A stretch of 64,000 nucleotides of DNA from Podarcis filfolensis (Eukaryota), in assembly GCA_964270895.1 (NCBI GenBank), contig OZ185445.1; one strand, 5' to 3'. The notes beneath the pieces are model-generated. The model saw nothing but the letters and a program-made list of their open reading frames with translations, was not told the DNA's origin and searched no databases. The position numbers and the translations under genes were made by a program. This document shows, one piece after another, positions 12,816-25,474 of this stretch; the first letter of the stretch is position 1; each line of letters opens with the position of its first letter.

Positions 12816-13899
12816 AATAGAAAGAAACAGGAGTGCACAGAACAGCCAATGTAGTAAAAGGCAGCAATGGGCAAATAGTAGGCAACAAGTCCTGCAGCCT
12901 GTGACCCTGACTCACGAGAAGTCACATGCATGAAAGGAAAAGTACTGTGCATGCAGCAGCTGTGTCTGCCTTTGTCAGGACGTTTTTGTAACTCAGCAGA
13001 CAAGAAGCCACCAAGGAACAGAGCTTGCTTCTTCAGCAGGGTGGGAGAAGTTGGAGAGAAAGTATTTAAGAAAGCATGATTCTTTCATTTGCACATAAAT
13101 TACTTCTTCAGATTGTGGCCTCTTATTTTTTATAAGACTCCTTGGGACACAAGTTTTCATTTAAAGGAGCTGCTGTGGAGTTCAGGTCTGAAGGTTCCTA
13201 TCTAAAAATGGGTGTATGGCCACAAAATTAATTGACACGTTATTAATTGATCTGAACACAGGGAAACTACAAACAGCTCAACAACACACTGCCGTGGCAT
13301 GAGCCTTCCCTGCTGTAGAGTTAGCAAAGAACACTAACTGGACACTCTTAAAAAGTTTTCCCATCTCCAAAAGAGAGCAAAGCCACGGAACTAGTTGTTT
13401 TCTTCCCCTCCTTCAGTTTCAGTTTTCTCGAACAACTCTCACTTTTATGCTTTCTCTCCTCTAAATCTCAGTTTGTTTCCACTGGGTTAATCTACTCCAT
13501 CTTTAGAGTGAACTTACACCTCTTCCATCTTTGCTTTTAATATTCCTCTCTAACGAAACAGTAGGTCGGCTATGTCCTCATCTGTCACCACTACCTTTGC
13601 TGAAATTCCACCAAATCTATAATGGGATCTCAGCAGGACTGGCATTCACTGGTAGAACAAGCTGCCATTTCCAATTCAAGTTACCTCGGGGCCTCTCTAG
13701 GTCAGTGGCAAATTGGTGCACAAAGCACATCTCTAACTCCAGGGAAACCCCATCGTTCATGGCAACTGACGATAGCGTGCCTGCCAAAAAAGAGGGTATT
13801 GTGATCCCCCCCTTTGTGAGGTGGATTTAGCAGGGGTCGTTGGGTAAGTGGCAAATATTCTTAACTGCTGGGTTCATTAAGGACAGAGTTGGGAAATTC

Positions 13900-14780
13900 A
13901 CAGGATATATCTGTGTGAACAGAGGACTACCTGGATCTGTTTCAATCTAGTTTCAGACCTGGTTTTGGTATAGTGGAGGACAACACTGTTGGTTCTCTGG
14001 GATCTTAGTGGTGTGCTTGATAGCATTGACCGTGATATCATTCTGGATAGGCTCTGGGTGTTGGGGTCTGTATGCAGTGTGTCAGTGGCTCCATTCCTAC
14101 CCTGGAGAGATGATTCCAGAAGGTGGTCTTCTGTTTGACCCCATGGCAATTGTGCTGCAGGGTTTCAAGGGGGCTCTATCTTGTCCTCCATGCTTTAACA
14201 TACACCTGAAACAGCTGAGTAAGATTGATTGAAATGTATTGATGCTTCCTTCAAGGCAATCAGGTGAGGAAGTGGAATTGCAGCAAACTGAAGATGAATC
14301 CTTACAAGATAGAGTTGCTATTGATGTCAAGGGTGTGGGCATTCCTGCTCTTCTAGATGGGTTGACCTCTCATAAATGATCAGATTCAGAGTTTGGGAGT
14401 GTTCATAGCTTCAGCTTGGGTACCAGAGTGGCCTTAGTGGCACTGAGCATTTTCAAATAGCTTAGGCTGGTACACAGACACATCCTGGACAGAGGTAGCT
14501 TGGTCACATTTTGCTAAACTCAGGACTGGATTACTGCAATAGGGTGTTGCCTTATACTGAGCCAACCCATCTAGTTCATTACTGCCTACACCAACAGTGG
14601 CTCTCAAAGGTTTCAGGTAGGGAGTCTTTCCTAGGGGATGAAACTAGGGCATTGTGCATGCAAAGCAAGATACTCAGCCACTGAACTACAGGCATGGAGC
14701 AGGCTTTGAAGAGGTACTGAAAACTGCAGTTAGTTCATAACAAAGCAGATGGTCTTCTATCTAGAGAGGGGCAGCTGGAA
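13900..14780 (+). mobile_element. Degenerate L2 LINE ORF2 (RT) fragments with a nested SINE
   Basis: Broken motifs resembling DYLDxFQSxFRPG (13925), DLSxxxDxIDxxI (14000), LDYCN (14525) and KLQLVxN (14720); many stops and deletions. Confidence 0.75.
14547..14692 (-). mobile_element. tRNA-derived SINE (Squam2-like) inserted into the L2 fragment
   Basis: gccttatactgag...catctagttc...tgcatgcaaagca...ccactgaactacag is the antisense of the family at 12615; L2 sequence resumes on both sides. Confidence 0.65.
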
Positions 14781-15510
14781 CATGGATGAATTTCACCTAC
14801 AAAATTATAAGCAAAATTGTAAAATTAACAGTTTTATTTGTATTACTTAAGCAGTATGTTTCCTATAGTTCGAAGAGACTCATCATCATTTTGTTGTTGA
14901 CATCTGTCTGTCTCGAGAGACAATGGAGTATGCCTCCAGGGGTGAGGACAAACCAGTGTGTTAGCAGCACCGAAGTGACCTCCTCTGGATGCAAGCCTGG
15001 GCACAGTGTATGGAGGTTCTGGACTGCCCAGATGACAAGACCTGCCTCTATGTGGTCCAAAGGAAAGGAAAGCTTTCAGAAAACAGAGGCCCTTTAACCT
15101 TCCAGATCAGTCACTGACTTCTAGGAGAAGAGGAAGGAGACTCAAAGACCTGTCAGGTAGGGACTAATATTTCAAAAATGATCACAATTTTCAAAAGGGA
15201 GAGCTACAAAGGTCAATACTTCCATGGTAAATATCCAAAAGCAAAAGCAAAACAGCAACAGCTGCCTTGGTCTAGAATAATAAAATGCAATTAGAAGCCA
15301 TGACATTTGAAAAACAGCAAGTTGGTTTTTTATTATTAGACACATTTTGAAGTTTATCTCTACAAGCATGAAAACTGAAAGTTCTTTTTTAAAAGAAAAA
15401 GAAAGAAATGTAAGGTACTGAGATTTTAAGGATTCTACGAAGAATCAATCGATAGAACAGATGATGCTCAGAAGAGTGACAGAAATGTCTTGAACTTCTA
15501 AAGGCATCAA

Positions 15511-15892
15511 GGGCTCAGTTCAGAAAGCACACCAAACCATGGTTCAGAGCTGCTTGTCTGCTTTCATTTTCCATCTCATCAGCATTTAACTTTTAAAGTT
15601 TACTCTCATCTCCATGATTTAGCAGAGACTTGAGGTACAGCAACTTCACCTCCTCCACAGTTGCAGCAGCCTCTTGAGGTAGAATAATGAAATGCATCCA
15701 ACATGATTGGTTTCTTTTTCTTTTTCCTTTTCTTTAAGCACCTCGACTTCTTCCCTCTCTTATCCTATCAGTGGTACTTTCACTGATTTTAGTAGTTGAT
15801 TTTTCTGCTTTTGCTTCAGCATTTTAAAAAATAGGTTCAGGTGTTCAGATGTAAAACAAACCATGGTTTGGTGTGACATCTGAATAGAGTCC
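15511..15892. mobile_element. MITE with ~35-bp imperfect TIRs (PIF/Harbinger-like ends, family uncertain)
   Basis: Left end gggctcagttcagaaagcacaccaaaccatggtt versus reverse complement of the right end ggactctattcagatgtcacaccaaaccatggtt. Confidence 0.6.
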
Positions 15893-18800
15893 AACACTCT
15901 ATCCTTGAGTACTTCAGTGGTGATTTCCATCATCATGTTATATCTTGGACAAGCCAGTTTGCAAATTACACTCTCAGTGCAATCATGGGCCCATGGAGTA
16001 GAGCTGATTTTGAACGTGTGAATTAGATCTACAATTTTATGATCTCACTGCTCTTCCGAGGCACTCTCAGTGCCTTGAAGCTCATTTTGGTGTCCAAGAC
16101 TAAATTCCTACATCTCCCACAAGTTGGTGTAGGAACAGTTACATGGCAACCAAAAATATATGTGGGTCCCTTATGAAAGGACCTTCCTCGGAAACACAAA
16201 CATACACCAAACCCAGCTACAAACTATGGTAAGAAAACATGCACTGTATTATAAGCAATAAAACACAAATGCAATACCAAATATAAATAGAACCAATCCT
16301 ACTTGGGTCTTGGGTAAATCAACTTTGGTGTATAAACTCATTTACAGAAGTTTGAATTTGGAACTAGTAAGATCAGTGCTCTTAGTCAATTAAGCCATCT
16401 CAGATGATAAAACAAGATTTAATCTATCCCACCGATCAGTCCATTTTTATGCAGACTATTATGCGATCTCATGCAGATTCAGAATGCATATATATTCTGG
16501 GCCAAAAGTACATGATATAATTCCAGAAATGGCTGGCATTGGAAAGAATGGCAACCACTCAGATGTGTGCATACATGTGCTTTCTTATTGCACATGTAGA
16601 GAATTTTGCATATTTATAGAGATACAGATATCAATATGCCAGATTACAGAATTTGTGTGCTTGTTGCAATATGTGGCAAAGCCATCAAAGGGAACCCAGG
16701 GGAGGGGTCTGCAGGAAGGGATGACCTAGATTCTCAATAGTTCCCAGTGCCCACTGATATCGATGAGAAAATCATAAAGACAGCTGAAAGAGGTGGCAGA
16801 ACCAGTCTCTCCTCAAGACACAAGGATCACTTGTGTTGGGAAGGGTGTTTCCAAAAAGCAGTGTGTCCTAATTATAACCTGCTCACTTTCTCCCATATAA
16901 GTTAATGCTCCTCTATTATAAATAGAAAGAGGACTCCAGTTGATTGCCAGGGAGGGGCAGCATGCTCCCTCCCCTAGAAATTGGAAAACGTAGACAGAAC
17001 CCTGCAGGATCAGTCCAAAGGCTCATCTAGTCTTCTTGTCACAGTGGACAACCAGAGGCCTATGGAAGCAGAACAAGAGCATAGCAGTGTTCTCCCCACT
17101 AGAGTTCCCCAACAACTGGTGTCTTGAAGCAAACACCAAGGAAACAGCAGAGAGGTTCATCTTCTCTTGGTTAAGTCCCTTTTGTTATTTTCTCGCATAT
17201 AAGTAACAGTTCTTATTCACCCCACCAGGAAAAGAAAAGGAGCACTCAGGGACACGGATGATGGCAGTAAACTCTGATGCCAGCTACTACTGCCAGGGAA
17301 ACAGAGGGGCACATATAGAACGGGCCCAGACTTTTCCTTCCATAGATGGAAGAGCTGCTTGTGTCAACTCCCCAAACTTCCACAACAGTGTGGGAGGTGA
17401 AAATGGAGGCTGATGGGAATCATCAAAAAGTCAACCCCACTATCTACTAGTGTCCTCTAAGCATAGACCCACAAATTCTCCCACTTATGGGAACAAAATC
17501 TTCATCCAACCCAGTTTGTATGGGTATGGCAGAGCACACAAATATATTATTATTTTATTGGTTTAATTTTCTTAAATTTGTTTCTATTATGGAATACAAG
17601 GTGGTGCACCTATCCAGGTACTGAGCAGAACAAGGCATGCTGGGTCTCAGGAAAGTTTTGGCCTCCTATACCTTCAGACCACCCCTTTCTACCATTCAGG
17701 AACAAACATGGATTTCAAACCAACAGATAAACAGAGGGATAGTCTTAAGGGATATTCTTTTCTGCTCTCCTATCTTAGGGAGGTTTTCTTAATCTTCAAC
17801 TTTACCGATCACTTGCTTAAAAAACATAGGTGTATTCCAACGTTGATTTCTTAAAGCTATTTACAGAAAACCATGGGAAATGTCAGTAACTGTGGCAATG
17901 GCTATTGAAAACTGAGCAGATGTTACTTTTTTTCAAACTTTCTCAGCGATTATAAGGACTGGAATCTTGCTTTTAAATAGGTTAGTGAGCAAAAGGAAGT
18001 TTAAAATTAGCTCTGACAAAAGAAAGTTGAAATTTATTGTGCAATGTCATATTCCAGTTGGAACAGTGCTGGCTGGCTATTTTTGTAATAAAACAGTTCT
18101 CTGTATTTTAGATGACTAAAAATAGATGGGGATATCAATATTATACTATTTTATGGAGAGCAGAGAGGAAAAAGAGAAACAATACTGTAATCCATTTCAT
18201 TTTTTCAGATGATTATTTCCAACTGTTGCACCTGAAGACTAAATTTCATAACCTTCAGTTGCATTTTACTGTACAGTTTTAGTTCTGAGCATTTCACACA
18301 TTATGTTCCATGTTAGGATCTTGCTTTGTTTGTTTGTTTGTATTATCCCGTTATTGAAATTCCATGACTTCATGCTCTAAGTCTTTTAACATTAAGGGGT
18401 TTATTAATTAAAACACAGTTATGGTCTTCCGTGCTATTTAAATACCGCGATCTTACCTCTGCACCTGGACAGTCTTTTCATATAAATACAATACAGCCAG
18501 ATCACAAAGATCTTTATTAAATTTTCTGGGGCAGAAAATGAAAAAAGACATTTGGGTGTGGAATGTGTGTGGGAAACTTCTGTACATGGTTAACTGTTCC
18601 AGATCAGCTCTCTGATTTCCACCCCTCCCTCTAAAAATTCAAATAAACTCAGTGCTTTGAAGAAGCTAAAAACACACCTTTCATTCTAAATTTAGTCCCT
18701 GTTTAGGATAGATAAACAGTTGAAAAAGCTGCCAAGAATCGAGACACCCTGCCTGGTGAGTACTGCCAAAGTTTTCATCTCTTTCTTTTTTGTTTTTTCT

Positions 18801-19806
18801 TAGTTCAAAAGAAGCCTTTTATTACATCTAATAAACTCATCTGCGAGGGCACAAAATTCCGGAGTCCCCGTGCATATGGGTAAATGGCACAGAAAGAACA
18901 TGATGCCTGTTGCACTAAGTGGATGTTACCTTTTTGAAATGTATGGTCTATGAATGAAGAGTAAAATTAATTAATTCTTAGGTTCACACATACACTTGGT
19001 AGACGTAAAAGCAAACACCAGCTAAGATTCAGCTCGGCTGAAAGTACATGCCCGGGCAATCCACACATGTATTAAGGGCTTTTCCCTTCATGCTGAATAA
19101 CAAAACTACTTTCCAAGTAAAGAGCAGTTTGGGCTATGTACCTTTGTTAACTCTGTAACTGTCTGTCACTTAACGGCCTGGTTTATGCGTTACCTGAGCA
19201 GTGCAGGAGGCACATGGCATGGCTAAGTCCCACACCCCTGGCTTGTAAAATCTAATCCTCAAAGTGATGCACCGCTGAAATGAATGGGACTAGCATCATC
19301 AGGCTGCTGTGAGGACTGCAGGTCTAGTTGATGAGACAGCCCCCCCAAAAAGAAAGGAGCAAAAACCTGAATGCTCTATGCAAAGTTTCCGCCTGAGGTT
19401 GTTTCAGAATGACTGCATAATTCACATCCATAGAATGCCCTTAATGCGCTTCTTGGGAGTTAATTGAAAGAGGTCTCCTTCTCATGTAGCCGTAAGTAGG
19501 GAGGCAAGGCAACATCTTTCCCATTATGTAATTCCCTATAGCTGCAGGTAATTGGCTGGGAGGTGCAGATCATATGGGAAAGAACCACATAATTACCTGT
19601 GCTTATATGGTCGCAAAATCCGTACACAGCTCAAGCCCCTTGGGACCAATGCCATGAAAAAACTGTGTGAAGGGAGATGAAGACTAATTTACATGTATAG
19701 AAATGTAATAGCCCAAAACCAATGGCAAGCATGTTTTCAGTTATTAATGTTATTGCTAGTCGCCATTGTTCCATCTAAACAATGAAGCAATTCCTCCTCC
19801 ATCCAC

Positions 19807-19830
19807 AGGAGGAGGAGGAGGAGGAGGAGA
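19807..19830. repeat. (GGA)n microsatellite
   Basis: Direct reading; explains the poly-E in ORF 19782..20006. Confidence 0.9.
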
Positions 19831-22287
19831 CAGTGAAACTGAGGCTTGGTTCGGACGCTACATGTTGTGCATGGCAGGTGTTTAGGAAAGCAATGTGGGG
19901 AACAAGTTCAGGAACATATTTCCGAAAGCCCCAGTCGCCAGGCATGTCCATTCATAAAAGCTTCCGGGTGTGTGTCTCAAGACTCATATCTGCAATTATT
20001 TCATAGCCACTTCCATGCACGCCGTACGCACACGTTTTAAAAACTTGGATGAAGAATAGCAATATTGGAGCCAACCCTGAGATCAGGCGATTCTTCCCGC
20101 AACACAGCATATCCACAAAGAATAACCCAGACTACTGATGATCCAGGGATTATCTTTATCTTTGCCCATAGTGACAAAGTACTGAAATGCTTATGCAGGA
20201 AGGAGCTAGCTGCTTAACACTGAGCCAAGCCAGTGGTCTTACTTCTGAAAGCCCCCCCCCCCCCCCCCGAAATAAAAACACAAAGAGCTTAGTACCTTTC
20301 CAGAAAATGTTTGTTTGCTTGTTTGTCTTACTCTCTCTGTCGCTTCTCTTTCTCTATATAGCCATGGAAATTTGTCATAGACATCTGTGCATTAACACAA
20401 CTCCTGAAGCCCTTTACAGACAATTGTATGAATATTCAGTGACAGTTTAATACCCATATTTTAATAGAAAGAGAATAATATTTTCATTCTATCAGCTAAG
20501 TACAATATAATCTGTTTAGTCAATTTATAAATGAGTACTGTTTATCCAACATAGTAGCATCATCTACTATAATGTGATAAGATGAATTATTTAAAAAAAT
20601 ATTTTGCCCTTTAATAGAGTATAGTACTATTTTGAAAATCTTTGCATTTTAACTACTGATAAAAAAAAATCACAACATATTTTGATCATGAAGGTGATTA
20701 GCTGTTTGTTCAAACATGTTAAGGAACAATTATTAGACACACACACACAGTTCTGGATAACTTGATATATCTCCCAATAATAGCATCAGGTCATTTGAAT
20801 TTCAAGGAAATCATTTGTGGCAAAATTGTTTTTTTCCTCTTGTTTTTATCTTTCAAACAATAGGTTTCAGTGCGTGCAAGAAGCAAAATGAACTACGGAA
20901 TCCAAACTTTGTAACTCAAAGAACAAATTTTGCTAGGAATTAAGGAATCCTAATTGGTTATTTCTTTTTTAAACTTATTTTGTTCTTTTTGGTTCAAAGA
21001 AACAGCCAAATGCCTGAAATGTCTGCAAGGCAAATAATAACAACAAAGTTCTAACCCTTAAATGGAAATGGCAACCAATCTGATGTTTTTACATCATCAC
21101 AGCAGTCCTCTTTCTTTACAGTTGTAGCCATTTCACTGCCCTGCATGCTTTTAGCTTTCTAAATGGAAATATGTCCCAGTCAAACAGGTTCTACACAGTA
21201 AAGTGTACAGATATGGGAGAAAACGAGCATTAGAAATACAGAAGCACATGATTTTTCTATCAGAATTTATCTGAAAAAAAGGAATCTTTATGTACGTATT
21301 TTTAAATGAAGAAAATACGGCACTACATTTTATTAAAATTTAAGCATTCTAGACATATACAAATTACAAAAAAAGGTGTATAAAGTGTTACGTACTGGCC
21401 TGATTCAAAATCTGAGAAGCAGCAATATGTATTTATCATCTGAGTTCTCTTAAAAGCTATTAGAAGCTAAAGTGTCAAGTAAAGACGCCATTAACGAAAA
21501 GTGAACCACCCAAAATCCTTAGGATTGTAAAAAAAAATCCATGATTTCTTTAAAGAAACAAAGCAAGAAACATTTATGCAATCTAATTTTAAATTTGTCC
21601 TCATTTTTTCTCTCTGTTAGTGAAAAATAGCAACGTTTTTTGTTGTTGTCAACTTTTATTTTTTACTTCTCAAGTACTGTCAGCAGTCTGCCCAAGGGTT
21701 CACATACCCATATCACTATTGCTATATTAATTAAACATGTTCATTTAATTCCTTTCCTAGCTTCAGTCACTGATATGACAATAGCAAAAACGGAAATTAA
21801 AAGTACTAGTTTTATAATATGAAGGTTTTGCTATTGATTTGAAAGTCCATCTAATTTATGATCACATTAATAAGTGCTATGCCAAAGTAATCTCAGAAAA
21901 ACCTGTAGGATTGCTCTGATGTTGGTGAATTTTTGATTGCACTCCCTTGTAACCCCCCACTCCCGCAATACACATCTCCACAATACAACTACTACTAGTA
22001 GCAAAGTCAAATATTTTTAATTCTTAGATCTAAAAGTATTTGTCGCTCTGCTGCACTACGGTGCATTGTTGTTACTTATCTACAAATTAATCAATATGGT
22101 AGCTGCTTTAAAACAGATCATACTGTTTATTTACACATCAGCATTTTTTCGAAGAACGCAAAACAAAATCCAACTCATACATGAGCCAATTATTTGCTGC
22201 ATGAACGCAAGGGCATTATAATATGAAAAAGCATATCTAGCCTTTATTGCAAACACAGTCTAAATATGTGCAGGTAGTTGATTAGGA

Positions 22288-22289
<2 letters not shown>

Positions 22290-22325
<36 letters not shown>
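22290..22325. repeat. (CA)n microsatellite
   Basis: Direct reading. Confidence 0.98.
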
Positions 22326-22327
<2 letters not shown>

Positions 22328-22944
22328 TTTCCTAAAAAGAAGGGGGGGACAGGACGACAATCAGGGTATTAAATGTGACTTCATTTATTACCATAGCCCA
22401 TAATTCCTTTGGTAACACCTGGAGTCAACTGGTTTGACACCTGGAAATCACACACACTGAGAAAGCTATTTGTGCAGGTATGCTCAAAGTCCTAATTCAA
22501 AAACTTCAGTGGAAAATGAAGACGTCCTCCTTCTATTCTGGGCTGAGACCCATGTAAATGTTTCATAAATCCCTCTCCACAAATCTCTTTTAACATGCAA
22601 ATCCATAAATCATCATAATACTGACAAAGAAGTTAACCCGCACGTGAAGCTAATGCGTATTCTATCTGGAACCGCATACTGGTAAAGCTACCCAAACTAG
22701 AGGCACTTTTTCAGAGTTCTATTTATATACACTAAAAAATAATAATGCAACAACACCCACCAAAACTTTTTATTCCCACAGGTCAGAATTTTATAGACTT
22801 CTCTGTTTTGTCTGCCGGCATGATGATGGAGAAAACCAAAACAAACAAAAAAACGTTTAGGATAGGAATCGGTTTCATTTGAAAACATGTTAATCAAAGG
22901 AACCAGTGGAACCGCAAACGGTAAGACAGACAAGGAGTACTTAC

Positions 22945-22994
22945 TGAAGATGGTAAACCTGGAGGAACCTTTCGAACTTTCTTTGTTTGTACTT
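22945..22994 (-). CDS. TCF4: TCF4 internal coding exon (equivalent to human RefSeq exon 8, 50 nt; C-terminal half of the bipartite NLS)
   Basis: cttgtcttcttttttcag|AAGTACAAACAAAGAAAGTTCGAAAGGTTCCTCCAGGTTTACCATCTTCA|gtaagt encodes (E)VQTKKVRKVPPGLPSS, the characteristic E-protein motif. It follows a 168-nt intron and stays in frame. Confidence 0.98.
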
Positions 22995-23162
22995 CTGAAA
23001 AAAGAAGACAAGTGTGGCTGTAAGATGTATGTTTGCAGGCTCACACCCTCCAGTCTAAGATTCAGCACTGAGCTAGCATTTATTATTAATTACTTGCAAG
23101 ACAGAAGTTCAGTCTAAGTTTCCTTTTAGAAATGTGGAGAAAAGTGGCACAAAGTAACTCAC

Positions 23163-23292
23163 CCACAGAGGTACTGTGCAGAGGCCTTCTTCGCGGATTA
23201 TTGCTAGAATACTGATAGTACTGAGAGCCAGGTTTGGTGGGTGAGAGAGCGCCTGGGTTGCCCATTTCCATGTCACCTCCGAGGAGACTTTG
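23163..23292 (-). CDS. TCF4: TCF4 internal coding exon (equivalent to human RefSeq exon 7, 130 nt)
   Basis: tcttttag|CAAAGTCTC...TCTGTGG|gtgagt encodes [43 protein letters not shown](E), versus human [43 protein letters not shown](E). Partly visible in ORF 23086..23271. Confidence 0.98.
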
Positions 23293-24252
23293 CTAAAAGA
23301 TTTTTGAAAAATAAGTATTGTTATATCTAACTTCTCCCTTGCTCGCCTTTCTATGCTGATTTAAATAACACACACACACGTTTGTTTTTTTAAAAAAGGC
23401 TCTGCGACTGGCAAATTGGAATACTAACACAAAAAATACTTTATTTTCAGATATGACAAAAATAGTACTGAGGCAAGTGATTTCTTTTCAGCGGAATACG
23501 TATTCTGATGGCCAAGCGAATGCTTTGAAATTTTACAATAGCCTTCCACTGTTATTGCTGAAAAGAAATAACAGTTGAACATATGAACTCTTTTGGAACT
23601 ACATCAAGTAAAGATCCCCCTCCCCACCTGTTTTGTTTTAAACTTACAGGGCGAACAAAATATACTGTGTTCATCAGTATTTTAAAAATCACCCTGTTGC
23701 TACAAAATCATTTCGTCATACAAGAGTAGGTATTTTACCCAATAATGGAAAAAATGCATGTGTTAAATATAGCTAAATAGGAAACACAGCAAATACTTAA
23801 AAATACAATATAAAATGTGTTAATCAGGTATAACATCTGTGATGTGAAAATAATAGTATACAATGCAAAAATGAACTAGTGTTTTGCTAAATTGCTAAGG
23901 GAGGGGGAGAGAATGACTCTTAAAGCGAGTGGATAGAAGACGTTGCAGCAAAGTACTTCAACAGCATCTATTTTATTAAGTAAGACAGTGAACATCCACA
24001 AATATGAAATGTACTTATGAATGGACAATGGCTATTGCTAAACCAGAAGAAATGATATCTCAGTGCAATAACAAGGAAAAAGCAAAGACTGACATTTTCT
24101 AAAAATTCTATTTGCTATAACTACATTGAAACTTACCCATAATATATAAATCCCCTGATTATACTCTGCATTGAACACATTGTTCTTTTAATTTTTTTCT
24201 GGTATGCAATAAAACAGGTGCAGATACTACCATTTATTTTATATGATGAAGA

Positions 24253-24600
24253 NNNNNNNNNNNNNNNNNNNNNNNNNNNNNNNNNNNNNNNNNNNNNNNN
24301 NNNNNNNNNNNNNNNNNNNNNNNNNNNNNNNNNNNNNNNNNNNNNNNNNNNNNNNNNNNNNNNNNNNNNNNNNNNNNNNNNNNNNNNNNNNNNNNNNNNN
24401 NNNNNNNNNNNNNNNNNNNNNNNNNNNNNNNNAACACACCATTCNNNNNNNNNNNNNNNNNNNNNNNNNNNNNNNNNNNNNNNNNNNNNNNNNNNNNNNN
24501 NNNNNNNNNNNNNNNNNNNNNNNNNNNNNNNNNNNNNNNNNNNNNNNNNNNNNNNNNNNNNNNNNNNNNNNNNNNNNNNNNNNNNNNNNNNNNNNNNNNN
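24253..24600. other. Two assembly gaps (24253-24432, 24445-24600) separated by a 12-nt island
   Basis: N runs flanking aacacaccattc. Confidence 1.
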
Positions 24601-25474
24601 AAAGTGCCATGTCTTCGTCTGAAAGCAGTTGGTCAAATATGACCCATGAGCTGGAAAATACTTTGTAAAATAAAAATAAAATCCAAATATAACTTTTTTT
24701 CTTCTTGGGGATGCATATTCGTTTCTTTTCCTGATGTGCAACTGGTAAATTGGTAGTGCATCATCAGCTACTTTCATAATTTTATGTGGTAGTCTTCAGT
24801 TTCTAACTTATTGCAAAAGGGAGATAAAAAAAACCCACCTACACATGACTCTGAAAATTGCAGAGCATTAAAATCACAAATTGTTTGGTAGATAATTAAC
24901 AGCTGATAAGCTTATTTCCCTGTAGACCACTTTTTTTGCTTTTGACCAAAAAAAGGGGGGGGGTGGAGTGTTCAGAATATGTTGCACACAGTTAAAAATA
25001 AATATTGCAAACTTTTCCCCACCAAAGTTTTAAATCTTTCATAAGTATCCTGGGAGAAGAAGCAGATTTCCTAAGTCAAGAGATCAAGCCAGAATCAACA
25101 ACTAAGTATTACCAACCTCTTACTAATACCTATTTTATAAAATGTATGGAATTCAGATACAAAATCAGACATACTACATTTAAGTATGGGGCACCTACTG
25201 GAATGAGCTACATATCTGAACAGTAAGATATAAGCAACAATTAAACTGATAGAATATATATAAAATTAACCAATTATCTCTCAATATATTCACAGTATGT
25301 TTCCTATCAGGCTGTTTGTTTGTTTCTTGTCTCTGTACCTCAACACTAAGTTTTAATGTAACTAGGAACAAGTCAGAAATAATTGGAAACCAAAATGGTA
25401 CAAATCCACTATTTGACTCGATTTAGTTGGAACTGTTGCTATTCTTTACCTTTAGCACAGTCCACAACTTCAAT

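Noticed and set aside
19782-20006. ORF with a poly-Glu tract
   Set aside because: Caused by a (GGA)n microsatellite; no protein similarity recognised.
22697-23117. ORFs 22697..23068 (-) and 22887..23117 (+) as independent genes
   Set aside because: They overlap the 50-nt TCF4 exon in the wrong frame or strand; the spliced frame explains the sequence.
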